Origin: Lobosporangium transversale
Taxonomy: Eukaryota
Direction: 5' to 3'
DNA: 64,000 bases
Assembly: GCF_002105155.1 (NCBI RefSeq)
Contig: NW_019028990.1
Span: 496,001-560,000, forward strand
The translations under genes and the position numbers were made by a program. Shown here one piece after another: positions 1 to 12,876 of this stretch; positions within the stretch are counted from its first letter, which is position 1, and every line of letters begins with the position of its first letter. A model generated the notes under the pieces. That model was given only the letters and a program-made list of their open reading frames with translations, was not told the DNA's origin and did not search any database.

Positions 1-34
1 GGAAGACGTGTATGCTACACATGGTGGTTCTTAC

Positions 35-157
35 CCTCAGAAATGTGTCATAAATCTCAACAAATTTCTCCTTGAGCTTCATCTTTTGACCAGATTGCGC
101 GCGGAGCAAATGCTCTCTTGTCGTCGCAGACCCAATCTTCATTTCCTGCATAGCCAT
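35..157 (-). CDS. First exon of a gene running off the left edge; probable ARMH3/C10orf76 (DUF1741)-like armadillo-helical protein
   Basis: ATG at 157 gives MAMQEMKIGSATTREHLLRAQSGQKMKLKEKFVEIYDTFLR, followed by a GTAAGA donor at 34. LKEKFVEIYD resembles the recalled N-terminus of human ARMH3 ([24 protein letters not shown]). Only 41 codons are visible. Confidence 0.6.
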
Positions 158-1305
158 TAATTAATCTGTTCACTCTTTTTGTCGCTGCTGTTGTTGTTCC
201 TTTATGTTTGTCCGGTTTGAATTAAAATGAAAGTGTTGTAGAATGAAAAGAATGATTGTGGTTGGTCAAAGTGCTGGTCAATGCGGCAATGCAATTGCGG
301 TTGTAAAATAGAGAGACAGAGAGAGTAGAACGGCAAGGAAAGCAAAATACAGAATGCAACATGGCGTCGAGCAGTGCCACGAAGCTATTTTTCGCATTTA
401 ATTTAATTTAAACGCGTCTCTTCAGATGCATTGCCTACCAAAGACGTACATATCCCACCACTGACAAGCACGTTTAGGCCTTGATCTTGTGGTATGTTCA
501 AATATACATCTAATAATCTCATTGTGGAAATAAATTTGGCTTGAATGTTTCATCACATCATTGTTAGCTCTCATATCATTGTCTGAGCCCTTTATTAGCT
601 ACATCGCAATGTTAATTGGATTATTTATAATACTTGACTGGTGCGGTCATGAATGGAGCCATGGGCATTTCGATGGCTGCTTTGCCTCGTGAGGCACAAC
701 CTCGTTTGGGGTACCAACACTTGAAGGGGCTCACTTTAGATAGAATTGCTGCAAATATTAATATTCTATACAATTATGAAAAATAAGGGAATAAGTCAAG
801 ATTCTTGTGACAACTCTCCTAACCACCTTGGTCACCTTGGCCTTTGCGCTATTGGCCCGTGTCTCACCTTCCTAGTCCTTGACATGTCTTTTTTTTTGCT
901 TCCTATTACATGTTTAATCGTAGTTGTCGATACCCCCCCCCCCCCCCCCATTGACTTACTGCATTATCTATCCTGTAAAACTTCACTTATCAGGTCAAGT
1001 AGCTGAGGGAATGTGTGAAGTTCAGATGGTCTGATTTCTCCTTGCTCGTAACAGAGTGGGAGCTCTGGCACGTGAGTAGTAGAAGATATATGGTGTTCTT
1101 CAAGCTACACGAACATTCTACAGCATCATATCGCCGATCGAAAGCCTGTGGAATACGGGATCAATGCGGTCACTCGCCACCATCCCTCCAGGAAAGTCTT
1201 CCACATGAAGTAACCATTGTCGCTCTGTTTCTTGACTATAGCACGACAAATATCGCCGATGATTGTTGACCACCTTCATTTGCCATAATAACCTTTTTTC
1301 AAAAC

Positions 1306-1336
<31 letters not shown>

Positions 1337-2534
1337 TCTGTCCACTGATAGTTTATTCGCGGTTTCTACTTTTTATATACAGATGTCGGCCTAATTGTAA
1401 TTCCATTCTGACTTTCTTTCTGCTTTTATTTCAACGGATGACTTTGTATTCCTCTTAAAGATTTAATACTTGTTTGGTATTTCTTCGCTTTTCGCAACTA
1501 CCGTGCATGCTTAAACAAAACATGCATCGTGGGCTGCAAAGAACCGCAGATTAGTGGGCACCATCATCCCATGGATTTTGTATTCCCAGCTGACACCTCT
1601 GCATGGCGTTGATCCAAAAATCAGTAGTTACACGCATATGGTACTGCTTACAAAGAATCCTTATTGTCTAGTGTCTGGTCATGCTTGACTCAGATTATCA
1701 TAAATAATGTATCGATTTTTGTTTGCAGCTATAGTTCGGATATCGATCAATGAACTTTTGGTTAATAACCGCAATGTCTACATAATAGTAGAGTATGACA
1801 CTGAAAGTCCAGCGCGACTTTACGGGGTGCCCCTTTGAAGTATGCCCATAACCAACTGATACAGGTTATAGTAAGAAGAGGTGTGATACGTCATGATGCT
1901 ACCGATCGTTGATTTGGTCAAAGCTTTTCCTTCAAATCGGTTGCCGTTCGATTTGATGGCTGAGCCTAAAAGCCTTGGCAGTGTAGGTGATCGTTGAACC
2001 ATCAAATCAGATAATCGGTCCAGAGAAAACTTGTCCAATAGTGAAACATTTTGTAATGACATTTCAGAGTTATATCCTTGCTATTAACACAGTCTATTAT
2101 GCCAGTTACTAGAGAGACCCAGAACTCTCAAGAACGGAGTCATAACTGTTTAAGAGGGTTAGATACGAAGCTAGATACGTCACTAGCTATTGAGATTTCG
2201 ATTGTCTCAACTGAAGCATTGCTTTGCCGACATGCAGGAGCTCAATACCTTTTAGGTAGACCATTTCATTGACCTCCTTTAGGCTCTCTCACCATCAACA
2301 GAGATTCTAGTCATCTTAGTCGACTCCTTGGTCTTGAGTGGGGATATGGCATTGGCTGCCCTCAAAGCATGTTGCTAGCTTCCTGGACAACCAGTACCCA
2401 GCCGAGTCGAGTAGGTCACTAGTCCAATGCACATACCTGTTCGACGATACCAGGTTCTAAAGGATTTCATTGGTTGATCAAAAGCTCTGTGGTTCTCTAC
2501 AATATGCAGAGCTCAACAATGGTCTTGAGAAAGT

Positions 2535-2573
2535 GGGCCTTGAGGAAGCGGGCCTTGAGGAAGCGGGCCTTGA
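2535..2573. repeat. Short 15-bp tandem repeat (GGGCCTTGAGGAAGC, about 2.6 copies)
   Basis: Read directly: gggccttgaggaagc gggccttgaggaagc gggccttga, with a degenerate copy (ggtcttgagaaagt) just before. Confidence 0.8.
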
Positions 2574-3636
2574 GAGATCGGTTCCAAAGGAATAAGGTAC
2601 GGACTGCCAAGACTTGATAAGGCCTCGGGCCCTCTTTGGTTTGAGAGTCAGAAGATTACTTTCACTCTATGATTACGAATGCCAAGGACGTTTTTCGCTA
2701 CGATGACCAATGAGTTTTAATCAGGATCCTTTAAACATCTCAGATTGAATGCCAATATAATGGCTCCCCTCGTCTTCAAGCTGACGCGACCAAAGTTGGC
2801 TGAGTGCACAAATCAGAAGCTAAGTCACACAACTTTTTGATGAACTTAAGTGGTTACAAAATATGAATTGGATAGAAAATAATCAGTTTTGCGTTCGGTT
2901 CCAAATCCGGATGCGGACTGTATCTTATGCATGTATGTGTAGACAATGGATTATAATATCATGACATGGAGTTCTGGAGTTACTCCGACTCAGCAATATT
3001 TAAAGTTTTGATGTTGATTAAGTTGAAGCACTGCATGAACAAAAAAAAAAAAAAAGTTCCCCGGGCAATTGGACCGTTCTTTGTTACAAGTCTACTATTT
3101 GATATCCGTGCTCAGGAATTTTCACATCACCACAGTAAAGATGAAAGGTCGGTATTGTAATAAAATTTTTAGTGACAATGATAAGCAAGCTGCTTAAAAA
3201 AAAAAATAATAAAATAAAGGGGAATGAGTTCATGTAATGTACAATGGCGTAACAAAGAGAGGGATTAACAGCTAGGGTCCATTGTTCTACAAGGAGCATT
3301 GTTTTATAAGAACACGCCATGATCGTATTCATTTCATAAATAGGCTGTAAAAGAAGCAAAAGAATATAAAAAAAAAAGTATAAAAAAACATGTCTTATGA
3401 CAACGATGATAGTTATAGACAAACAATCTACTGTTGACAAGGTAACGTTTATTTGAAGTACATGTTGTAAATGATGTGAGAGAAGAGATACGCAGATCAA
3501 AGGCAACGTCACTGCTGCATACTATACAATGAATAAAGAAAAAAGAGTGGCGAATGATCCCAGAAAAGCTTTTAAGATAAGGCTAGCTACATGTTAATAT
3601 ATATATAAGGGAAAAGGGTTAAGGAAAAGGTTGTTT

Positions 3637-4071
3637 TTACAAGAGCTGAGAGAGAATGACAGCGCCAGTTCCGATAGCTAAAAGAGCCTTGCGGGGGATA
3701 GTCAGGATGTTTCCACCCGAGGGCTGTGTGGCCGTGGGGGTAGGAGGGAGAGTGACAGTGACAGTAGTGCTGACCGTTGTGGTGCTTACAGAGACCGAAG
3801 GTGGAGAAGGGACGGCATTCGGATCAGTAGGGACAGAAGGAGCAGCAGATCCTGTGACAGTCCAGCTCGTAGCCCAGCTAGAAGACCAACTATCTGACCA
3901 GGTTGAGGACCAGACAGAGGACCAAGCCTCAGTGCCAGTGGGGACAGGGCCAACAGTGAGGGTTCCTGTAGCGGTAACTCTGCTGTCATCGTCGTCACAC
4001 CTGCATTCACCAGCATAGACAGTGGAAGCCAAAGCGGCAACAAAGAGAGCGGAGGCAGTAGCAAACTTCAT
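3637..4071 (-). CDS. Small secreted Ser/Thr/Pro-rich protein, probably GPI-anchored cell-surface protein (144 aa)
   Basis: Signal peptide MKFATASALFVAALASTVYA, S/T/P-rich body, and small-residue omega region (SGG) followed by hydrophobic C-terminus (ALLAIGTGAVILSQLL). Intronless. TATTTAA-type element near 4219-4225. Confidence 0.85.
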   Translation of the reverse strand: MKFATASALFVAALASTVYAGECRCDDDDSRVTATGTLTVGPVPTGTEAWSSVWSSTWSDSWSSSWATSWTVTGSAAPSVPTDPNAVPSPPSVSVSTTTVSTTVTVTLPPTPTATQPSGGNILTIPRKALLAIGTGAVILSQLL

Positions 4072-7000
4072 AGTTGTTTTGTAGCTTTAAAGAATATTGA
4101 TTGGGAGAAGTGCGACTAGGACTAGGAGAAGCTGTTAAAAAGCTTGAGAGGTCAGAAGCGAAGAGGTGCTACAAAGCTGATAGATGAGTAGAGAGAAAAT
4201 AAAGAGAAATGACAGCGGTATTTAAGTGAAAAAAAAAAAAAAAAAGAAAGCTTTTGGGGTGGATTATGGTAGGTAGTTCTTGTTTCCCTGCCGACCAAAA
4301 AAAGTAGCCTTTTCTTACCTCCATATGCATGAGCAGAATAGGATAAGACTGTTGCTCTCCAACTGCTGATGCGACATCGTGTTGGTATCATTTGAGTATC
4401 TATGCTCTGTAAAGATATACATGTGCATGTAGGCCATTCGTCATCGGCCTTGGATAGCTTGCAAAGCTTGCATAGTTCGCGAAGGTTGCATAGTATGGTT
4501 GTATAGTTTGCATAATCAAGCATGGTTGGTCTGTATGGCCTAGGACAATAAGCATAACGTTGCTCAAGCGGGACAGAATGGAGATTAAGTTAGAGTTGAC
4601 AAGGTTACACTGCCTACTTGCCATTCAGTAAGGAAAAAAAGCAATTTTAAAGGGTCGGGCATATGCATTTTTTACTACATGCAATTTTATTTTTTTGTCA
4701 AGTACATTTGTACAGTATCAGTATCCATGTATATTGTAGGACAAGACAGTTCAGTGAGAAGGAAAGTTTAGGTATAGCATCAACTCCATGAAATGGTGTT
4801 GACAGTTCCTTATTTTTTTTGGATTTTTGGCAAGGTTCCAATAACCTAAAAATAACACCGGAGGAATGGAAAAGAGGATTATCAAAGAGCCGCAAGACCT
4901 CCTTTTTATCATGCCATCATGAAGCATAGTTAGGCTCGTGGCAAAGCCGTCGACGATGTGATGGCGAATCTTTTTTCTCAGGCGTTGCTTCATAGCAGGA
5001 CTCTTACTTCATCCATTTTTTTTTTTTTTTTTTTTTTTTTTTGGTACTGGGCAAATGGAATAGAGGGAATCACTAATAGCTTCTTCCTAATTACCGCGAA
5101 ATCTCTAGCCTACTCATTAACTGAGGCATTGACTAGAATTGTATAAGCTAAAGACTTTTTATGATATGTAGAGTGACTCAATATCCCACTAACTTGTAGC
5201 TAGGTCAACGACGAGAAAAGAACCAAGCTCCCATCAAGGCCACTATTCATGACCTGCTACATAGCGAGCTGTTTCTACGCGCCGACGATATGCTAACAAA
5301 GCACCAAACTGAGAGAGATCGGAAGAAAGGCATAATCTTCGTCAAAGATGTTCAGAACGTACAGTCTGTTACCTACAACCTTTGCTATTAGAGCATTGAG
5401 AAGATACAAATGTTTACATTATATTGATGTTAGAGTTGTTTTGGCATTACTATAATAGGATGGCTATGAGCTGCATGTTTAATGGAATACACTTAAGGCG
5501 CCCCAAACCTAAAGGGCCCTTATTACACTCGTAACCAGCCCAAAGCATAGCTGCCGGACGATGTGGCGGCGAAACTTTTTTTTAGCCGTCCTCAGTTCTA
5601 GAACTGCTATTGATTTGATTTTGCTGAAGAGTGATTATGGCGCTTTCTGTAACATTGTGAACCAAGGAAAGATACTATTATTTGCATCAGTTTCAATGTT
5701 CAAAAAACCAATGATTATAATAATAATAATAATAATATGTTTGTGCGACGATATGGAGTCTTCGCCAGAGAGTCTTTAAAATTTGAGATATTCCCATTTC
5801 AGACAATCAGCCACCAAATCAATCCAATCATTGTTTTTGATTTAAAATGTATTTGTCGACACCTTTCTAGCGAGGACTCCATAATAGTTTCCAGAGTAGC
5901 GCGTTCAATACGGCCTTTGAAAGGTACATATGCTTTCAGCATGTTGCCAGTTGCGGCTGGATTAATACTATTCAGTATATTTTGCTTATGTATCTGGCGT
6001 ATTAGACTTTTGCTGCCATGGAGGCGAAGCTTAATGAAAGTCACCAGCACGCCGGAGAATAAGATGCTATATAACCAAAGATACTCCCAGTCCTTTGAAA
6101 GAATACTTCTGACTGCCACGAGAAGTGTCTATGTCATCGATGTCTCCATCTTCTCAATAGCAGCCCGTTCTGCTGCGCTCCCGGTTGAGATTCTCAGCGC
6201 TGAGAGCCAATTAACCAGTATAGTTTATCTTGAACTCAAATATACAGTCAACAATGCGGAGAGGAAAGCTATGGAAGACTCTAACATCTAAGAGCTTATT
6301 TCAAGACGATGCCAAACACACCCCCCTGCTTCTTCAAAAGCAACCACCAGTGTATTGTCTACACTCTTACGGCGTATTTTGCATTTGCGGACCACCACAA
6401 TTAAAACATATTCGTCAGTAATATTGGTACGGATATTGTCCAAAATGGTAAAAGTGATATGGTGATAAATATGCATTGTGCCAATTTTTTATTTTTTATT
6501 TTTTATTTTTTCCCTCTATCCTATGGTTATCCCAACTTGTATCCTATGCCTCATCTTCCTCCACCAGCCGGTTACAAAAATGTCAATTGGAAGCTATCTT
6601 GCCGTCTTGATGAACTAGTCTGCTTATGCATCATGATCACCTCTGGATTTGGAGTATATTGTTTGGAAGCAACTGTGGGCCTACTGTCTGGGGTTAATGT
6701 GCACTAGAGTAGTTAAGCTTCGTGGTTTGGAAGGACCTTTTTAAGTAAATAGTCATTTGAGGCTCCCATGTGAAGAAAGCCATTAGAGCAGGACACATGC
6801 TCGGAATTTACAAGCTACAAATCAAAAGTTATAATACCATTGTCATTGAAAATAAAAAAGCAACGGCTGGAACTTTAAAGCAGTAGGAGGAATATTGAAG
6901 GGAGTTGCCACCTTTACGTTTATAAAAAAGGTTACAATTGCCTTTTTAGTTAGTTACATCAGTATAATGTGTAAAATGCTACCGAACCTTCCAGTAAGAT

Positions 7001-7701
7001 CAGTGGTTGCTGTGTTTTACGGTTCTACGCCTGACACTGCTGACACTGTTGACGAGCAAATCTGTACACAAACAAAACAGCAACAAGCACACGTGGGAAT
7101 CGGTCCGTTTGCCATTCACCTATGCCCCAATTTTCTAAGACCCTTTTTTTTTTTTTTTTTTTTTTTTTTCCACCTTCTTTTTCTCTTTACCCTTGACCCT
7201 TTTACCCTTGACCCTGGAGCTTGTCTGCATTTAATTTTTGCTCCATTCCCTCACACGGCACGGAGCATAACATATTAGATTGTAAAAATTATTTCAAATA
7301 ACATTAACGCTGATCGACCAACGATGCTCATCTCTACAGGCTCTAATGGTGGCTCTCATAGCAATATGTCGTTCAATTCCGTAAGTATTTCCATATACAA
7401 TAGTTAGTAAAGATTACAAGGAAAAAACTTCAAGAATAGCTCGTGCTAGACTAGCAAAAGAAAAATTGCTCAAATGGAGTTGCTTCTGGTGATGAAGAGA
7501 GATAAAAAGACATAAATCATTTTCAACCAAATTCAGACCAAATACAGATCTCCTACTCCATTAACAGCCCGAGATATTTTTGGGAAAAAAAAAAAAAAAA
7601 AAAAAAAAAAAGAGTTGATGATCTAGTCATGTAGATGGCTCATGGCATTCACATTCATAATCATCTTTTACTCTTTGAAAGTTTTTTTTTATTCCGCCTG
7701 T

Positions 7702-7741
<40 letters not shown>

Positions 7742-7864
7742 CACATATGACCTTCCAGGAACAGGAACCCAGGAACAACAAACAACAAAGGGCACACAAA
7801 GTTTGTTTGAACAATCAACATCAGATTTCTACTTTATTTATTTTAAAACACTTTGTTTATTGAC

Positions 7865-9581
7865 ATGAAGAAGAGGAATAACAGCAACAACAACGTGGTT
7901 TATAACCCTCGAAAGATTGATAGATTAGCATCCTTTTGGCAAAAAACAGTGGTATAAAATACACCCTAGTCCTTTTTATTACCATCTCTTCTCTTTTCAA
8001 AAAGGTGTTTATGGTCAAGATATATTTCTCACACCGACAAATTTTCTTTTATATGTTTGCTTTATTGTTTAATGTTTTAGAAAGCTATCAGTACAACAAA
8101 GAGTTATGTAGCCGAGTTACCATCGCCACCGCTCTCTCCACAAGAAGATTGCAGCTTTCGTAACGCCTGTCCTGTCATCCCTGTAAAGGATAAAGACCTT
8201 GTGGAACAGGGTTCAACCCATGAATCCTTTCATGATATCGACCCATATCTTGATGTCGACTGGAATGATGAAGGCCAAAATGACGAAAACGATACTGATG
8301 AGGATGTTGTTGTTGTTAATGATGATGTTGATGTTGACGATGTTGTTGTTGATGATATTGATGTGGATAAAGACGTCCAAACCAATGAATATTCGAAAGA
8401 AGTGAGATATGATCGCAAGGATGATGATATCAACCTTCTTCCTCATTCAATCGACCAAGAACAACAACCACAACAACCATCACAGCAACAAGACCACCTT
8501 CATCATCACCGTCATCAACTTCAACAAGGACAAGGGCAAGAACTTAGTGATCTTCCTGAAGTTATTATGCCTAGACGTGATTGGGTGCAGTTGCAGGCTC
8601 GGATCAACTTTTTGGAGACGGAGGTCACCCGATCTGCAGAGACGAACCAAGAGTTGAAGCAAGAACTGGATAAGGTCAATGAATATTTGTTCAAGCTGAC
8701 AAAGGAAGGTGGTGATGGAGGCGATGAAGGTTGGAAGAAAGGATATGAGTTTTTGGTGCAACAAATCGATTTGATGCATCGACAACTGCAACAAGCGTAT
8801 AGTCAAATGAACCAGATGAGTCGTCAAGGTCAAGGTCAAGGTCAAGGACAGTATCCTCAGACATGTGAACATCGTAACCATAGCACTGATTTAAATGGAT
8901 TAGATCAGCAAGAGGAGCACCATTGCAATCAAAATCAAGAAATCAATGTTCAACCAGACATTGACATGACACGACAACTCCGTGCTGAAGTAGATGAACT
9001 GACTTCGTCGCTTAGGACTTGGAAAGCAGCTTTTCATCAAGCAGAAGAGAATTATCGTCGGAAATGTGGTATGTACTCTCTGTTTCCTTCATTAATCTAT
9101 GATTGTTAAAAAAAAAAAAAAAAAAAAAAAATAACCAAAACTTCTCACCCCACTCTTTCATGATCTGGCTTGTTGTAAAATAGAAGGAGAACGTGTTCTA
9201 AAACAAATTATCCGTGAACGCGAAGCACAGCTGCTAGATTTAGCAGAGAAATTGACTGGCCATAAGCAATCATTATCATTTTCATCGTCACCATCATCAT
9301 CATTGTCATCTTTACCTTTGGACTTTAACTATCCTGAACTGTTACGTCTTTCAAAAGCAAAAATGACAGACAGAGCTAGTACTCCCTTCGACAGTGTTGA
9401 TGAGCAATTTCAAGAAGGAGATGATGGAAGCAAGCCTATGCCTGGTGTCTTCCCGGTAGAAGTGGCTGATGGCTCATCATCTCATATACCCATTCAAGTT
9501 CAGGTTCAGAATTACCAGTGCTCATATATTTCCATATTGTTCTGGGCTGCTTCTCTTATCGCAGTCAACCTGCTTCCTTGA
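7865..9581 (+). CDS. Hypothetical coiled-coil protein with acidic N-terminal region and C-terminal hydrophobic (tail-anchor-like) segment
   Basis: Proposed exons 7865-7951, 8081-9068 and 9184-9581, with GT-AG introns and consistent phases. Heptad-like segments (LQARINFLETEVTR...; LRAEVDELTSSLRTWK...). Ends YISILFWAASLIAVNLLP. First exon uncertain; 7324-7380 is an alternative. Confidence 0.7.
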
Positions 9582-9727
9582 GTCCATAAAATCACCTCTT
9601 TTTTTTGTTCTTCTGCTGTATGTATTATAAAAAATCACATTCTTTAAATAAAAAAAACCATAAGGGGAACAACTAAAGAAAATATAAATGCAAAGTAATG
9701 TCTATTGATGATGCTAGATTATCTATA

Positions 9728-11105
9728 CTACTCCATGTCTTCGTCACTGTCTTCATCCTCATCCTCGTCACTGTCTTTGTCTTCTTCCCTTGCTTCAATG
9801 TTTTTACTTTCGCTTTCAGTATCCATTCGCTCTCCTTTATCGTTGTTTTCATTTCCATCTCCGACTCCGTCAGCGTCAACATTCTCGTCATCCTCCTCGT
9901 CATATACTACTACGGCAGTGCCATTGACCATGGGCCCCGAGACATGTGCATTCCTAGAAGCAGCGAATGCATCTTGTCTTTCCTTGATCATACGTTCTTC
10001 CTCTGTTTTCCTTTGTGCACGAAGCTTTTTTTGATCCTCATCCATATCTTCTTCAACTAAATCCATATCGCCCATCATGGTCATCAAATCCATAGCCTGA
10101 ACTGTATAATCAACCACATAACTCCGAACTGAGAGATTCTCAAGCCTTTGGAAGTGACGCTCACTGTAGGGTAAAAGACCGTCCAACAAATCCTTGATTC
10201 CGGGCACTTCAGTCATCTCTTGCACCTTGCGTTGCCTCAAAATCGCATGAAGGACTGTTTGGGCTGGGCGCATGTTCTTAGCATGTGTGTTCCAGTCACG
10301 GACATAACCAAGAAGCTTTGCAATTTGATCCAGTGATAGACCCATAAGAACCTTGTCTACAGCTTCCAAGCCTGTGATCGAAGTGTCATCCTCAGGACGG
10401 TCTCGCAGGATCTGATTGAAGAGTTGCAATAATCTGAAGGGCTGTTCAAGCGAAAGGGCGAGTGTGATGGCATTCTTCCAATCTTTACGCATTAAATAGT
10501 TTGATAATTCTTGCTCTTTGAGCAATTGATCAGCCTTGGCTTGCTTCTTTTCTGCATACTCTGTCTCTGTGAAATCTTCCCAAAGGTTGATCATCGAGTC
10601 AGCTCCTCCTGTTACCACCATATTTTCATCTTTGCGTACTGCTAAGGCCCAAATCTTTTCCGTATGATTATCCAACGTTGCCACGCACTCATTCGTACGG
10701 ATTGTCCACAATTTAACAAGACCATCTGAACCACATGAAACCAATTGAAGACCTGAGGTCAAGAAATCAACCCTCAAGATCGAATTAGTGTGCCCTTCAA
10801 ATGTCCTCAAACAGCTAAAGTCGTTCAGGGACCAAATTTTGATTGTTCGGTCTCCTGAGCTAGTAGCTAAGCATTGATCGACAGGGGAGAATTTGACAGA
10901 CCAGACACCACGTTTATGGCCCTTGCATGTGCCTATGAGTGTACCCTCCTGCAGGTTCCAAATCTTTGCAAGCTTATCTTGCGATCCAGTCGCAAACACC
11001 TTGTCGTTTGGAGCAATAGCGATGGTATTGATGTCTTTATCGTGAGCCTGGATAGTGTAATGAGACTTGAACCGATGTTCTGCATTAGGTTCATCCAAGT
11101 CTAAC

Positions 11106-11139
<34 letters not shown>

Positions 11140-11210
11140 TAAATGATCCGAAGTATGAGCATATTATATTGTCAAGGAACCAATCGAGAAGTATATGTAA
11201 AAATCTACTA

Positions 11211-11241
<31 letters not shown>

Positions 11242-12876
11242 CCGCCAGTGCTGAGGTCCCAGCATTTGATTGTCCTGTCTTGTGCTCCAGTGAGCAAAAG
11301 TCCGTCAGTTTTTCTGGTTAGAGCAACAGCACCAATAGCTTCAGTATGTCCGACACATGTTCCAATGCACTTGTATCTCTCATCTGGATCTTCATTCTCC
11401 AGATCCAGGGTCCAGACTTTGGCAGTATTATCTTTAGAGCCAGAGGCCAATAATGTTCCATCGGTGCTCCTGTCCAGACAAATAACGGTGTCTGAATGTC
11501 CATAAATGAGATCACATTCAAACTCTTTTAGGTTGAAGACCCTGATTTGCTCACTGTTGGCTGCAACCGCTAAATGGTGCTCTTCCTCTCCAATGTATGT
11601 CACATCAACGATTTCATCATTATAACCCACAATCTGCTTCATACGCTTCAAGTCTCTGGCAATATCAAAGAAGAGAATATTTTGATCGCTTGTAATCGAT
11701 ACCAACTGCTGGGAGTTCGTATTATACCTAAAATTAGATGGATTGATTACCGGAGAAAGGTATATATTTAAAAGTAAGAAAAAAATCCTTTTTGACTTGC
11801 GATGAAATTATCATAGTAAATAATAGTAATAATAAATCTAGATAAATACTTACAAGACATCAGTGATCCCAGATTTACTACCCAATTCTTCCTTCTGTTT
11901 CGCAATCAATTCTCCTGATTTTAAATCCCAGATCCTGATGATCCCAGAGTCTCCAGCAGTATAGAACATTTCCCGATCCGAGACGTCCTTATCACCGATG
12001 GATTGGATCACAGACTTTTGTAAGATACCAACTGTCTCCAAAGTCTCATAGATGGGGTATGTGGTCGCAAGTTTCATCGTTCTTAAATCCCAGACATTGA
12101 CGACCTTATCGCGAGATCCACTGATCAAAGAGTTCCCTGAATTGGAGACTGCTAATCCACGAATAACCGAGACATGGGATTCCAGAACAGCAACAGGTCT
12201 AAATGTGGAGATTTTTTTTATAAATATAGAGATCAATGAGTCAGAACTGAAGGAATAAGAGAAGAAAATAAAAAAAAAGAAAAAAACCTTTGAACTTGAA
12301 AGCATGAAAAAAGGCTTACTTTCTGGTTTTAAGGTTCCAAACACGGACTGTACAATCATCAGCTCCTGAGCATAGCCACCATTTGGATTGATCTGGATGG
12401 AAGAGTACAGCTGAGATGACACCACCATGTCCCTTGAAGTTATGTGTACAAAATCCACCAACAATATCCCAGACTTTGACTGTACTGTCTGCAGATCCAG
12501 TGGCGACAAGGGTTGAGGTTGGATCGATTGCCATGACAATGATAGGGGCTTCATGAGCTCTCAGGGTCCTTGTCAATGTTCCTGTACGAAGGTCCCAGGT
12601 TTTGAGTTGAAGACTCCTACTAGCACTGACAAGGGTATGCCCATCCGGAGTCACTGCAAATGTGGTGATCATTTCGGTATCTCCATCAAGTCTCCAAAGT
12701 TTTTTTCCAGTTTTGATCTCAATCACGTCAATATCTTCACCCACCGTCGTGATGAGATACTGTTCATCCTGAGATATACAGACTTTTCCTCCAGTATAGA
12801 TGGATTCGATCGTCTGTGTTGACTTGAAGCTGGTCTTCAAGTGGATTTTGCCCTGAGGCGGTGCTTGAGGAGCCAT
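9728..12876 (-). CDS. UTP13: U3 snoRNP/SSU processome WD40 protein Utp13 (TBL3)
   Basis: N-terminal LKTSFK...IESIYTGGKV, many GH...WD repeats, and the Utp13 C-terminal domain (EQELSNYL...AITLALSLEQP, WNTHAK, LLPYSERHFQRL). Introns 12199-12319, 11728-11853 and 11101-11242 are GT-AG and preserve frame. Confidence 0.95.

Noticed and set aside
3656..4064. Alternative-frame and antisense ORFs over the GPI protein, and similar shadows over other CDS
   Set aside because: Shadow ORFs of real coding sequence.
7324..7386. Alternative first exon (MLISTGSNGGSHSNMSFNS|GTAAGT) for the coiled-coil gene
   Set aside because: It is phase-compatible but needs a 700-nt intron, whereas most introns here are 70-250 nt. 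The 7865 exon was preferred; this one is not fully excluded.
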